From Rubricoccaceae bacterium (GTDB lineage Bacteria; Bacteroidota; Rhodothermia; Rhodothermales; Rubricoccaceae), in assembly GCA_043789155.1 (NCBI GenBank), contig JAYWIE010000465.1, positions 1-35,795 of the forward strand: a stretch of 35,795 nt of DNA, in the 5' to 3' direction. Positions within the stretch are counted from its first letter, which is position 1; every line of letters starts with the position of its first letter. This document shows positions 6,830-15,370 of this stretch, one piece after another. The position numbers and the translations under genes were made by a program. The notes beneath the pieces are model-generated. The model made no database searches. It was not told the DNA's origin and saw only the letters and a program-made list of their open reading frames with translations.

Positions 6830-9826
6830 ATGAGCACAGCTATTCCCCGGCGGTTCCTAGTTCTACTCGCGCTCGTCCTGCTCTCGGTAGCGCTTCCGCG
6901 CACGGCCGCCGCGCAGAGTGGAAAGCTGTCCGGCGTGATCACCGAAGCCGCGACGGGTCTCCCGCTCCCCGGCGCGACCGTCCGGCTCGACAGCACGCAG
7001 CTCGGCGGCCTCGCCGATGAGCAGGGGCGCTACAACGTCATCGGCATCACGCCGGGGACGTACTCCGTCCGCGTCTCGTTCATCGGGTACACGACGAAGG
7101 TCGCCCGGATCCGCGTCGTGTCCGCCGTGACGACCTCCTACGACGTCACCCTCGACGTGTCGACCGAGGAAGGAACCGAGGTGGTGGTGGTCGCCACCCG
7201 GCCGGTGGTCGACCAGAACCAGACGACGTCGCGAGCGCTCGTGACCGGAGAAGAGATCGAGCGGCTGCCCGTCACGACACTCCAGGAGGCGATTTCGCGC
7301 ACGTCGAACGCCTACGACGGCTTCATCCGAGGCAGCCGACGGTCTGAGACGCGCACGATCATCGACGGCGTCGATGTGAGCGACGCCCTCAACCAGGCGA
7401 CGACTGGCGGGACGATCGCGGGCAACACGTACAACAGCTCCAACCGCTTCAACCAGTCCAATGCCAGCCTGTTCACCCTCAGCCCGGACGGCGTCGAGGA
7501 GGTGACGGTCAACACGGGCGCGACGGGTGCCGAGTATGGCGCCGCGACGGGCGGCGTCGTCGCGATCACGTTGTCTGAGGGGCGCGGCCCCATCCGCGGC
7601 AACGCCTCGTTCCGCATCGCTCCGTCCATCGGGCGGCCCGGCCCGGACTCGCTCGGCTTCTACGGCGACGGCGACATCTACCTCCGGGAGCGGGACGAGC
7701 GGATCGCGGCCAACAGCCCCGCGGCCAGCCTCTTCACGTGGACGCCGGACCGGTACACGACCGGCCAGCCGGAGATGGACGCGCGCCTCTCGCTTGGCGG
7801 CTCCATCACGGACCGCATCAGCTTCTTCGCGACAGGGCAGGCGTTCCAGACGAATGGCTACCAGCCCAACGAGTTCTCGCGCCGGCTCAACGGCCAGCTC
7901 AAGACCACCGCCAGCCTGACGTCCAGCACGCGGCTGAGCCTGCTCGGGATCGTCGAGGACCGCGGCCTCTGGGGCAACTGGAACAACCGGAGCTACAGCG
8001 ACTTCTGGCGCTTCAACCTCGAGGGCCTCGCGCAGAACGACGGCGGCAGCTACCTCGGCTCGGCGCGCCTCACGCAGATCCTCTCGGCGAGCTCCTTCAT
8101 GGAGGTCCAGGCGTACCGCACCTTCAAGCGGAACCGCTTCGGCTACGTCGACGACAACAACAACGGCTTCTCCGAGCAGGGCGAGCAGGGCTCCTTCATC
8201 GACTTCACGAACCCGGAGACCATCGCCCGCTACGTCGGGGTCGGGAGCGACCACTCGCGGATGTTCTTCGAGAACATCTCCGACGCCTACTCGAGCACCG
8301 GCCTCACGCTGCCGAGCGGCAGCCGCTTCAAGGCGGGCCAGCCGATGCCGTACTCCGAGGACGCCACGCAGGGCACCAACGCGGTCCGGGCCAACTACAA
8401 CAACCAGGTCACTCCGAACCACTACGTCCAGGCCGGGACCGAGCTCAAGCTGTACTCCTTCCAGTATCAGCAGGTCTACGGCATCGACCAGACAGGTGCC
8501 AAGCTCAACGGTGCCCGCGAGCCCTACCAGCTCCAGGAGTGGGACCGCCACCCGTGGAACCTTGGCCTCTTCGCGTCGGACCGCATGGAGTATGGCGGCC
8601 TGATCGTCAACATGGGCTTGCGGGTCGAGTTCGCGAACCGGGACATGGAGGTCATCAACGACTACTTCCACCCGTTCCGCCGCGACACCGTCGAGGCCGG
8701 CATCGTGTACCAGGCGGCCCCCGACGGCACCGTGGCACCGCTGCTTAATGCCGCCGGCGAGCAGGTCGTGCGCCGGCTCGCCCGCAACGCCTTCGACCGC
8801 GGCGAGGCCGTCGCGACGGACGTCTTCTTCAACCCGAGCTTCGGCGTCTCGCACCCGATCGGCGAGACGGCCTCGATGTACTTCTCGTTCGCACGCAACA
8901 GCCAGCTCGTTCCCTACACGACGCTCTACCAGTACTACGACGGCAACAGCTCGAACAACCAGTTCTTTACGTACCAGAACCCCGAACAGGAGGCGATAAC
9001 GGCGAACAACTATGAGCTGGGTGGCCAGTGGGAGTTCGCGCGCGGCTGGGGTCTGGACGTGAATGCGTACATGCGGAGCATCGAGAACTACGGCCAGGCC
9101 GTGCTCACGGCGACCAACCGCGCCGGGACGCCGAGCTTCGCCGGCGGCACCTACAGCTACGCCACGAGCGCCGGCTACGCCGACTCCCGCGGCATCGAGC
9201 TGGTCCTCCGCCGCCGCCCGCTCCGCCTCTCCCGCGGCGTCTCGCTGGGCCTGACGGGCTCCTACACGTTCTCGACCATCGAGACCTCGAACTTCGCCGG
9301 CACCAACGTCACCGGGTTCGTCGCACGGGACAGCAGCATGACGACGCTGCCGTTCGAGAACACCCAGGACTTCCGCAACTACCCGCAGGACGTGCGCGGC
9401 GGGGCCTCGACGCTCACCGGCGGCTACGGCAGGACGCACCGCTTCGTCCTTCGGTCGGTCGCAGCGCTGCCCTACGACGTGTCGCTCGGACTGACGAGCA
9501 ACTTCGACAGCGGCTTCCTCTTCCCCCGGGCGATCGACGCCGACCCGCGTGACCGCGAGCTCCTCACGGGCCCGTCGAACTACCAGATCGACCTCCGCCT
9601 CGAGAAGCGGTTCGCCTTCACGAGCCGGTTCGGCCTCGACCTGTTTCTCGACGCGATCAACCTGACGAACCACCGCAACATCGTCGCCTACGACACCTCG
9701 ACGCCGGGCCTCGCCCGCACCTTCGAGGAGACCGGAAGCCCCGGCCCCCGCCTCGTCCTGGGCGACGGGACGGCGCTCTACGGGCCTGCCCGCTCCTTCT
9801 ACTTCGGGACGCGCGCCCGCTTCTAG
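6830..9826 (+). CDS. TonB-dependent outer-membrane receptor with N-terminal carboxypeptidase-regulatory-like domain
   Basis: 998 aa. It has a signal peptide ending AAAQ, followed by GKLSGVITEAATGLPLPGATVRL...GRYNVIGITPGTYSVRVSFIGY (CarbopepD_reg-like). A plug-like segment follows (VVVATRPVVDQNQTTS...LPVTTLQEAI...IRGSR). The barrel is long, and the protein ends in a C-terminal aromatic residue (TRARF). Confidence 0.9.
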   Translation: MSTAIPRRFLVLLALVLLSVALPRTAAAQSGKLSGVITEAATGLPLPGATVRLDSTQLGGLADEQGRYNVIGITPGTYSVRVSFIGYTTKVARIRVVSAVTTSYDVTLDVSTEEGTEVVVVATRPVVDQNQTTSRALVTGEEIERLPVTTLQEAISRTSNAYDGFIRGSRRSETRTIIDGVDVSDALNQATTGGTIAGNTYNSSNRFNQSNASLFTLSPDGVEEVTVNTGATGAEYGAATGGVVAITLSEGRGPIRGNASFRIAPSIGRPGPDSLGFYGDGDIYLRERDERIAANSPAASLFTWTPDRYTTGQPEMDARLSLGGSITDRISFFATGQAFQTNGYQPNEFSRRLNGQLKTTASLTSSTRLSLLGIVEDRGLWGNWNNRSYSDFWRFNLEGLAQNDGGSYLGSARLTQILSASSFMEVQAYRTFKRNRFGYVDDNNNGFSEQGEQGSFIDFTNPETIARYVGVGSDHSRMFFENISDAYSSTGLTLPSGSRFKAGQPMPYSEDATQGTNAVRANYNNQVTPNHYVQAGTELKLYSFQYQQVYGIDQTGAKLNGAREPYQLQEWDRHPWNLGLFASDRMEYGGLIVNMGLRVEFANRDMEVINDYFHPFRRDTVEAGIVYQAAPDGTVAPLLNAAGEQVVRRLARNAFDRGEAVATDVFFNPSFGVSHPIGETASMYFSFARNSQLVPYTTLYQYYDGNSSNNQFFTYQNPEQEAITANNYELGGQWEFARGWGLDVNAYMRSIENYGQAVLTATNRAGTPSFAGGTYSYATSAGYADSRGIELVLRRRPLRLSRGVSLGLTGSYTFSTIETSNFAGTNVTGFVARDSSMTTLPFENTQDFRNYPQDVRGGASTLTGGYGRTHRFVLRSVAALPYDVSLGLTSNFDSGFLFPRAIDADPRDRELLTGPSNYQIDLRLEKRFAFTSRFGLDLFLDAINLTNHRNIVAYDTSTPGLARTFEETGSPGPRLVLGDGTALYGPARSFYFGTRARF

Positions 9827-9868
9827 TCCGGCCGCCTCTGGCCCCCTCTCCCTCAGATCGGTCCTGAC

Positions 9869-12514
9869 ATGAAAAACGTCTTGTTAAACGGCGTGCTCTC
9901 GCTGGCGGTGGTGGCTGGAGCCGCGATGCCCGCTGCGGCACAACGGCGAGACCGTCCGTCCACCGCGCTCCAGTACGCTGGCCGAAATGCGGCCACCACC
10001 GCGGGCGACGGCTACCTCGTCGGCGGAGACCTCTGGAACACGTTCAAGCCGGCCAACACGACCGAGGGCACGCGCCTCGGCAGCCCGTTCGCGCCCGTCG
10101 GCGGCGGCATCGTGAACCGCGTCCTGTTCGGGTCCCGCGCCAACTGGCAGGAGCCGACGGGCCTCTGGCCCTCGGGCTTCAACTTCACCAACTCGTTCCG
10201 CAACTCGGGCTTCATGGTGTTCCCGGTGTTCAAGAGCACCGGCTGGCCCGGGTACGGCCCCGGCAACGCGGTCCGTGCCCTGGACGGGAGCGCGGACACG
10301 CGAGGCACCGGCGGCACGAGCCGGTTCATGTTCGCCAGCTTCGGCCCCAACGTGCCCGGCGCCACCGACGCGGCGCGCAACTACAAGCGCCCGGCGCACT
10401 ACACGGACGAGAGCCGGACGGAGCTCATCTACGAGGCCGGCTGGCCGACCACGGCCGGCATCGACTTCAAGGTCCGCGCGCGCCAGTACACGCCCAACAC
10501 GCAGAACCTGAACGACTTCACGGTCCTCGAGATCTCGATGACCAACACGGGCATCGTGGACACGAACGGCGACGGAACGCCCGACGCCACCGGCAACGTC
10601 GTCGACGGCGTCTCGATGGGCCTCGACGTCACGGCCTCGCCCTCGATCGAGATCAGCACGGGCGGCGACCGCGGCTGTAACTGCATCGCCGCCGGCCGCA
10701 CGTTCGGCTACGTCGGGGCCCCGGATGCGACAGGTGCCCCGTACAACCTCTGGGCGTGGTACGCCAACGTGCCGCCGACCCAGACGGCTGGCCGGACCGT
10801 CCCGGCCGTCGGGCGCCGCGCCTTCGGCATCAACAACCTGAACCAGCTCCAGGGCTACACGGACGTTTGGAACTCGATGAGTTTCCTCGGTGCCAAGCAG
10901 GGGGCGATCTCGGACAGCAACCTGCGCCTCATCTCGTCCGTGTCGCCGGACAAGTCGACGGCCTTCGGGACCCACCCCGTTGGGACCGGCCCGCAGCGCG
11001 GGTGGTACACCTCGGTCCAGTGGCAGGCCGGGCTCGCGAGCCTCTCCAACTCGGCCCTCGCCTTCCGCAACTCGACGGCGACGTGGTACGCGGACTACGG
11101 CAAGACCTCCAACGGCGGGAGCCGCCCCGTGAACCTGGCCCCGAACCCGGCCTTCTTCTCCGGCGGCTCGGCGGACGACATCACGACGTTCACCGTCGGC
11201 AACGCCGGCGCACGCCCGAACGGCGACTTCAAGTACGCCAACCAGGACCTCGGCGTGGCGAACGTCGAGCTGGCCCAGCCCGTCTGGGAGCCGGCCTGGA
11301 ACCCGGGCGCGGCCAGCGGCGACTTCTACAACGGCACGGTCGGGTTCGCCCGCGAGTACACGTTCGGTGAGGCCGAGACGCAAGGCATCGGGCCGTTCCG
11401 GCTCGGCGTCGGCGAGTCGATGACTATCGTGTGGGTCGCCGCCGCCGGCTTCCGGCTCGAGGGCATCGCCGACGCCGTCGATGCTGCGCGCTGGGCGTGG
11501 GGCACCGGATGGGACGTGAGCACACGCCTCCCCGTACCGGCCGCTCCCGACCTCACGATCGAGAGCACGACCACGGGCACGGCGCTCGTCCGCTGGACCG
11601 ACGTCAACAACGTCGCCGGCCGGCCCATCGACGGCTACAAGGTCTGGCGCTCGGCCCAGTACCGCCGCACGAACTGGCTCGACGCTGGGATGCGCCTCCA
11701 GGACCGGTACCAGGAGCAGCACGATCCGGGCCCGTTCCCGGCGACCCTGCTGGACCCGGTCAACCCCAACTTCGACGGCCTCAGCATCTTCCAGGGCGGC
11801 ATTCAGGGCTCCTACCAGCCGGCCGAGTGGGGCACCTACGAGCTGCTCGCCAAGATCCCGCTGAGCGCGCTGGGCACCTACACGAATCCCAGTGGCGGGT
11901 ACCAGTTCGCCTTCGAGGACACGGACTCGATCACGGGCTTCACCTACTGGTACTACGTGTCGGCCTACCGCGACGGTGCCTTCGTCGGGCCGCGCGGGCC
12001 GGTCGGCGGCGGTCACATCGAGTCGTCCAACATGAACCGGAACGGGCGCAACGCCCCCGATGCAACACCCGGCCAGATCGGCCTCGGCACGCAGTGGGGC
12101 GGGACGTATCCCTTCGCGATCAGCAGCGCGTTTTTCCCGCGGGCCGGGACGGTGGCCCTGAACAACATCGGTGCCGCCTTCACCGTGGTGCCGCCCGTGG
12201 CGCTGCCCGACCAGGTCGCAGACCTTATCACGGTGTCTCCGAACCCGTACAAGATCACCGGCCTCAACGACGTCCGTAACGACCCGGCGAGCCACTCGGT
12301 CAACTTCCTGAACGTGCCGGCGGACTTCACGCTGACGATCGTCGACGTCTCAGGCAAGCTCGTGTACCAGCGAGTGGTCGAGGGCGGTGCCAACGGACGC
12401 TTCAGCTGGGACCTGTTCTCGAAGGATGGGGTGGAGGTCTCGAGTGGTCTCTATCTCTACCACATCCAGTACGGCGACCGTAACGTCACCGGCCACTTCG
12501 CCATCCTGCGGTAG
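9869..12514 (+). CDS. Secreted 881-aa protein of unknown function with FN3-like segment and T9SS C-terminal sorting domain
   Basis: It has a signal peptide (MKNVLLNGVLSLAVVAGAAMPAAAQ) and an FN3-like stretch (PAAPDLTIESTTTGTALVRWTDV...IDGYKVWRS). A type-A T9SS tail is present. The gene starts 42 nt after the TBDT stop. Confidence 0.8.
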   Translation: MKNVLLNGVLSLAVVAGAAMPAAAQRRDRPSTALQYAGRNAATTAGDGYLVGGDLWNTFKPANTTEGTRLGSPFAPVGGGIVNRVLFGSRANWQEPTGLWPSGFNFTNSFRNSGFMVFPVFKSTGWPGYGPGNAVRALDGSADTRGTGGTSRFMFASFGPNVPGATDAARNYKRPAHYTDESRTELIYEAGWPTTAGIDFKVRARQYTPNTQNLNDFTVLEISMTNTGIVDTNGDGTPDATGNVVDGVSMGLDVTASPSIEISTGGDRGCNCIAAGRTFGYVGAPDATGAPYNLWAWYANVPPTQTAGRTVPAVGRRAFGINNLNQLQGYTDVWNSMSFLGAKQGAISDSNLRLISSVSPDKSTAFGTHPVGTGPQRGWYTSVQWQAGLASLSNSALAFRNSTATWYADYGKTSNGGSRPVNLAPNPAFFSGGSADDITTFTVGNAGARPNGDFKYANQDLGVANVELAQPVWEPAWNPGAASGDFYNGTVGFAREYTFGEAETQGIGPFRLGVGESMTIVWVAAAGFRLEGIADAVDAARWAWGTGWDVSTRLPVPAAPDLTIESTTTGTALVRWTDVNNVAGRPIDGYKVWRSAQYRRTNWLDAGMRLQDRYQEQHDPGPFPATLLDPVNPNFDGLSIFQGGIQGSYQPAEWGTYELLAKIPLSALGTYTNPSGGYQFAFEDTDSITGFTYWYYVSAYRDGAFVGPRGPVGGGHIESSNMNRNGRNAPDATPGQIGLGTQWGGTYPFAISSAFFPRAGTVALNNIGAAFTVVPPVALPDQVADLITVSPNPYKITGLNDVRNDPASHSVNFLNVPADFTLTIVDVSGKLVYQRVVEGGANGRFSWDLFSKDGVEVSSGLYLYHIQYGDRNVTGHFAILR
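12227..12511 (+). other. T9SS type-A C-terminal sorting domain (Por secretion tail) of the 881-aa protein
   Basis: ITVSPNPY...FTLTIVDVSGKLVYQ...FSWDLFSKDGVEVSSGLYLYHIQYGDRNVTGHFAILR matches the familiar PNP / short beta-strand / W-D-G / SG-Y-Y-Y / basic C-terminus pattern. Confidence 0.8.
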
Positions 12515-12550
12515 GCCGACCCCTCGGCCCCGCATCTCTACGCTACCGCT

Positions 12551-13561
12551 ATGAACAAAGGACTGGCACTCTCCATCCTCCTGGGCAGCCTGGCCGCTAT
12601 GCCCGCGCAGGCCCAGCGCAACGCCGGGCGCAACGGCGCGACCTTCCTCGAGGTCGGCGTCGGAGCGCGCGAAGTGGCCATGGGCTCGGCCGTGAGCTCC
12701 CTCAGCAACGACGCGAACCAGATCTTCTGGAACCCGGCGGGCACCGCCCTCCGGGACGACCAGCAGGCCAGCGCAGCGTTCTCCTACGGGAGCTGGATCG
12801 GCGACATCGGCTACACCGCCGTCGCGGCTGGCTACAACCTCGGCTCTGCCGGCACGGTCACGGCTGGCATCCAGGCCTTCGGCGTGAACGGCATCCCCGC
12901 GAACCGGCAGAACGGGTACGACGACCCGGTCCTCCAGGGGCAGGTCACGGACACGGAGACGTCGGAGACGTATGACTACCAGGACCTCGCCGTGAGCCTG
13001 ACGTACGCGCGCACCTTCGCCGGCCGTCTCGCGCTCGGCGCGACGGCAAAGGTCATCAACGAGTCCGTCGACGGCGTCAGCGCGAGCGCGGTCGGGTTCG
13101 ACTTCGGCTCCGTGTACAACATCGGGGTCAGCGACTGGAGGGTCTCCGCCCGGCTGAACAACCTGGGCACGAACATAACCTTCTACAACCAGCCGAACCC
13201 GCTCCCGCTCACGTTCACCATCGGGACGTCGATCTACCCGATCAACACCGAGCAGGTGCGCATGATGGTCGCGCTCGACGCCGTGAAGCAGCAGGACACG
13301 CAGCAGTTGTTCTTTGGCGGGACCGAGGTGTCGTTCTACGACCTCCTGTTCCTCCGCGGCGGCTACAAGTTCAACTACAGCGGCTCTTCCGATGGCGGCA
13401 CGGCCGATCGCGACCCGATCGACACGACGATCGAGAACTACTCGCTCGGCGGGGGCATCCAGTACGTCATCGCCGACAAGCCGGTCGCCATCGACTACGC
13501 GTTCACGAGCATGGACATGTTCACGAACGTCCACCGCGTCTCGCTGCGGGTCGGCTTCTGA
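12551..13561 (+). CDS. PorV/PorQ family outer-membrane beta-barrel protein (T9SS-associated)
   Basis: 336 aa with a signal peptide (AAMPAQAQ). The N-terminal signature GATFLEVGVGAREVAMGSAVSSLSNDANQIFWNPAG is typical of the PorV/PorQ (UPF0164-like) family. The rest has beta-barrel-like alternating sequence and ends in F. The gene starts 36 nt after the preceding gene. Confidence 0.75.
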   Translation: MNKGLALSILLGSLAAMPAQAQRNAGRNGATFLEVGVGAREVAMGSAVSSLSNDANQIFWNPAGTALRDDQQASAAFSYGSWIGDIGYTAVAAGYNLGSAGTVTAGIQAFGVNGIPANRQNGYDDPVLQGQVTDTETSETYDYQDLAVSLTYARTFAGRLALGATAKVINESVDGVSASAVGFDFGSVYNIGVSDWRVSARLNNLGTNITFYNQPNPLPLTFTIGTSIYPINTEQVRMMVALDAVKQQDTQQLFFGGTEVSFYDLLFLRGGYKFNYSGSSDGGTADRDPIDTTIENYSLGGGIQYVIADKPVAIDYAFTSMDMFTNVHRVSLRVGF

Positions 13562-13569
13562 GTCTCTAT

Positions 13570-13587
13570 CCCGCCGGCAGCGGCGGG
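13570..13587 (+). terminator. GC hairpin 9 nt after the porV-like stop (CCCGCCG-GCAG-CGGCGGG)
   Basis: Perfect 7-bp stem with a 4-nt loop, followed by TCTGGTCTCC. There is no clean U-tract. Confidence 0.35.
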
Positions 13588-13619
13588 TCTGGTCTCCTCC
13601 GGGTCACCCGAGTGACCTG

Positions 13620-13648
13620 CTCTCCCAGACGGGAGACTCTCCCAGACG
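13620..13648 (+). repeat. 12-nt direct repeat CTCTCCCAGACG x2 (13620..13631 and 13637..13648)
   Basis: Exact repeat read from the sequence, in the non-coding leader between the porV-like gene and the glycosidase-like gene. Confidence 0.85.
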
Positions 13649-13748
13649 AGAGAGGCCGAGAGGGGTAGATCTGTCTGAGCACCACCCTGTCGACAGATGC
13701 GGGTTGCAGCACGCGCTGCCCTCCGCGCACGTCTGGCCGTCCATTGTC

Positions 13749-13770
13749 CTCGCCGCGTTCGCGCGGCGAG
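13749..13770 (+). promoter_or_regulatory. 9-bp GC stem with TTCG (UUCG) tetraloop in the leader of the downstream operon
   Basis: CTCGCCGCG-TTCG-CGCGGCGAG is a perfect complement. It lies in a stretch with non-coding-like codon statistics. Confidence 0.35.
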
Positions 13771-13792
13771 CGATCACCAGCCTCTCAATCCA

Positions 13793-15370
13793 GTGATTCG
13801 CGTGTCGACCCCGTCGGGGACATGGTCGGCCCTCTGTGGCCGGCTGCTCGGGTTCCTCGGTGCGGACGTGATCCGCATGACCGTGGACGGGGCCGAGGTC
13901 TCCGGCTTCCGCAGCCCGGACTCTCCAGCGCTGTGGATCCGCGACCATTCGGACATCCTACGCGGCGGCGTCTACATGCACACGGACGTGCAGAGCGCCA
14001 TCGACCTCTTCGCCGAGTACCAGTCCGCCAGCGGGCGGCTCTTCGACTACGTCACGACGGAGGCCGGGACTGAGCCGGAGAACTGGGAAAAGTGGGTGCG
14101 CGTCCCCGTCGAGGCGGACGTCGAGTACCGGTTCGTCAAGGCCGTCCATCTCGCGTGGCAGGCGACTGGGGACGACGCGTGGCTGGAGCGCCATCTCTCC
14201 GCCATGGACCGCGCGATGACGTACACCCGCACCCACCCGTGGCGGTGGGACGAGGAGCACGGCCTCGTCAAGCGCGCGTACACCATCGACACCTGGGACT
14301 TCGACTACACGGCCGGCCGGATGCCGTGGCTCAACTTCCAGATCACCCCGGACACCTTCTGGGGGATCATGCACGGCGACTCGAGCGGGTTCTACGAGGC
14401 CGCGCGGCTCCTGGCTGGCCACTACGAGCACCTCGGGCGCGACGCTGACGCGGCGCGCTGGACCGCCGAGGCCGAGGGCGTGCGGGAGCGGGCCAACGCG
14501 CTCCTCTTCAACGGCCGGTTCTACACCCACTTCCACACGCTCACGCCGGTCGAGATCGAGGGCGTGGACGAGGCCGAGCAACTCAGCCTGAGCAACCCGA
14601 TGGCGATCACGCGGGGCCTCGCCACGCACGAGATCGCCGTCGCCGTGCTGCGCGAATACCGCCGCCGGCGCGAGACGACGGGCGCCTTCGCCGAGTGGTT
14701 CAGCATCGACCCGCCGTTTCCGGACGGGACGTTCGGCGACGAGCGGCAGGTCGCCGGGTCGTACGTCAACGGCGGCGTGCTGCCGCTCGTCGGCGGCGAG
14801 CTGGCGCGGGGCGCGTTCGAGCACGGCATGGAGACCTACGGCGTCGAGACGCTCGCGCAGTACGCCGCGATGGTCGCGGAGGCGGGGGAGACCTACCTCT
14901 GGTACTTCCCTGACGGACGTCCCTCGACCGTCGAGACGAGCACGAGCCCGAACGCGATGCCGACCGACGGCTGGGGCGCCTCGGCCATGCTCAACGGGCT
15001 CGTCGGCGGGCTGTGCGGCATCGAGGACCGTAGCCACTCGTTCCGCGACGTCCGCTGCTCCCCGCGTTGGGCCGCCGCGGGAGAGGACGACGCTGACGTC
15101 CGCGTCGAATACGAGGCGTCGGGTGCCGGCTTCGGCTACCGCTACACGCACGACGCATCGGCGCGGACGATCCGCGTCGAGATCGAGGCCAATGAGGCGA
15201 CCGTGGACCTGCGGGTGCTGCTGCCGGCCGGCACGCAGCCCGTCGCCCTGAGCTGGGACGGCGAGCCCGTCACACCGACCGCCGACCGGGTCGAGCAGAG
15301 CGTGTACGCGGGCGCGCAGCGCCCGGTCCGCGCCCGCGCATCCGTCGAGGTGACGTATGGCGACGCATAG
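13793..15370 (+). CDS. Six-hairpin (alpha/alpha)6 glycosidase-like protein of uncertain family; no signal peptide
   Basis: Track ORF 13697..15370. In codons 1-32 (13697..13792), 14 of 32 codons end in A/T. In the next 28 codons only 4 of 28 do, which matches the rest of the gene. Translation therefore more likely starts at GTG 13793 or ATG 13877. Motifs seen: WIRDHSD, YVNGGVLPLVGGELA, and DGWGASAMLNGLVGGLCGI followed by a beta-rich C-terminus. Confidence 0.6.
   Translation: MIRVSTPSGTWSALCGRLLGFLGADVIRMTVDGAEVSGFRSPDSPALWIRDHSDILRGGVYMHTDVQSAIDLFAEYQSASGRLFDYVTTEAGTEPENWEKWVRVPVEADVEYRFVKAVHLAWQATGDDAWLERHLSAMDRAMTYTRTHPWRWDEEHGLVKRAYTIDTWDFDYTAGRMPWLNFQITPDTFWGIMHGDSSGFYEAARLLAGHYEHLGRDADAARWTAEAEGVRERANALLFNGRFYTHFHTLTPVEIEGVDEAEQLSLSNPMAITRGLATHEIAVAVLREYRRRRETTGAFAEWFSIDPPFPDGTFGDERQVAGSYVNGGVLPLVGGELARGAFEHGMETYGVETLAQYAAMVAEAGETYLWYFPDGRPSTVETSTSPNAMPTDGWGASAMLNGLVGGLCGIEDRSHSFRDVRCSPRWAAAGEDDADVRVEYEASGAGFGYRYTHDASARTIRVEIEANEATVDLRVLLPAGTQPVALSWDGEPVTPTADRVEQSVYAGAQRPVRARASVEVTYGDA

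Noticed and set aside
6863-9673. 936-aa ORF antisense to the TonB-dependent receptor
   Set aside because: Its translation is Arg/Ala/Gly/Glu/Val-rich low complexity with no recognisable motifs. It lies fully inside, and opposite to, a gene with clear TBDT features. This is the typical shadow ORF of very GC-rich DNA.
9884-12295. 803-aa ORF antisense to the 881-aa T9SS-tailed gene
   Set aside because: It has the same Arg/Gly/Ala/Pro-rich shadow composition. The sense-strand ORF has a signal peptide and a T9SS tail.
13697-13792. ATG 13697 as the start of the six-hairpin glycosidase-like gene
   Set aside because: In these codons, 14 of 32 end in A/T, which is very unlike the rest of the gene. 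The region also holds a 9-bp UUCG hairpin, and the ATG itself lies in a predicted stem. I kept it only as an alternative start.
12350-15151. Minus-strand ORFs 12350..13534 (394 aa) and 13958..15151 (397 aa)
   Set aside because: They are antisense to the PorV-like gene and the glycosidase-like gene, with Arg/Asp/Val/Gly-rich shadow composition.
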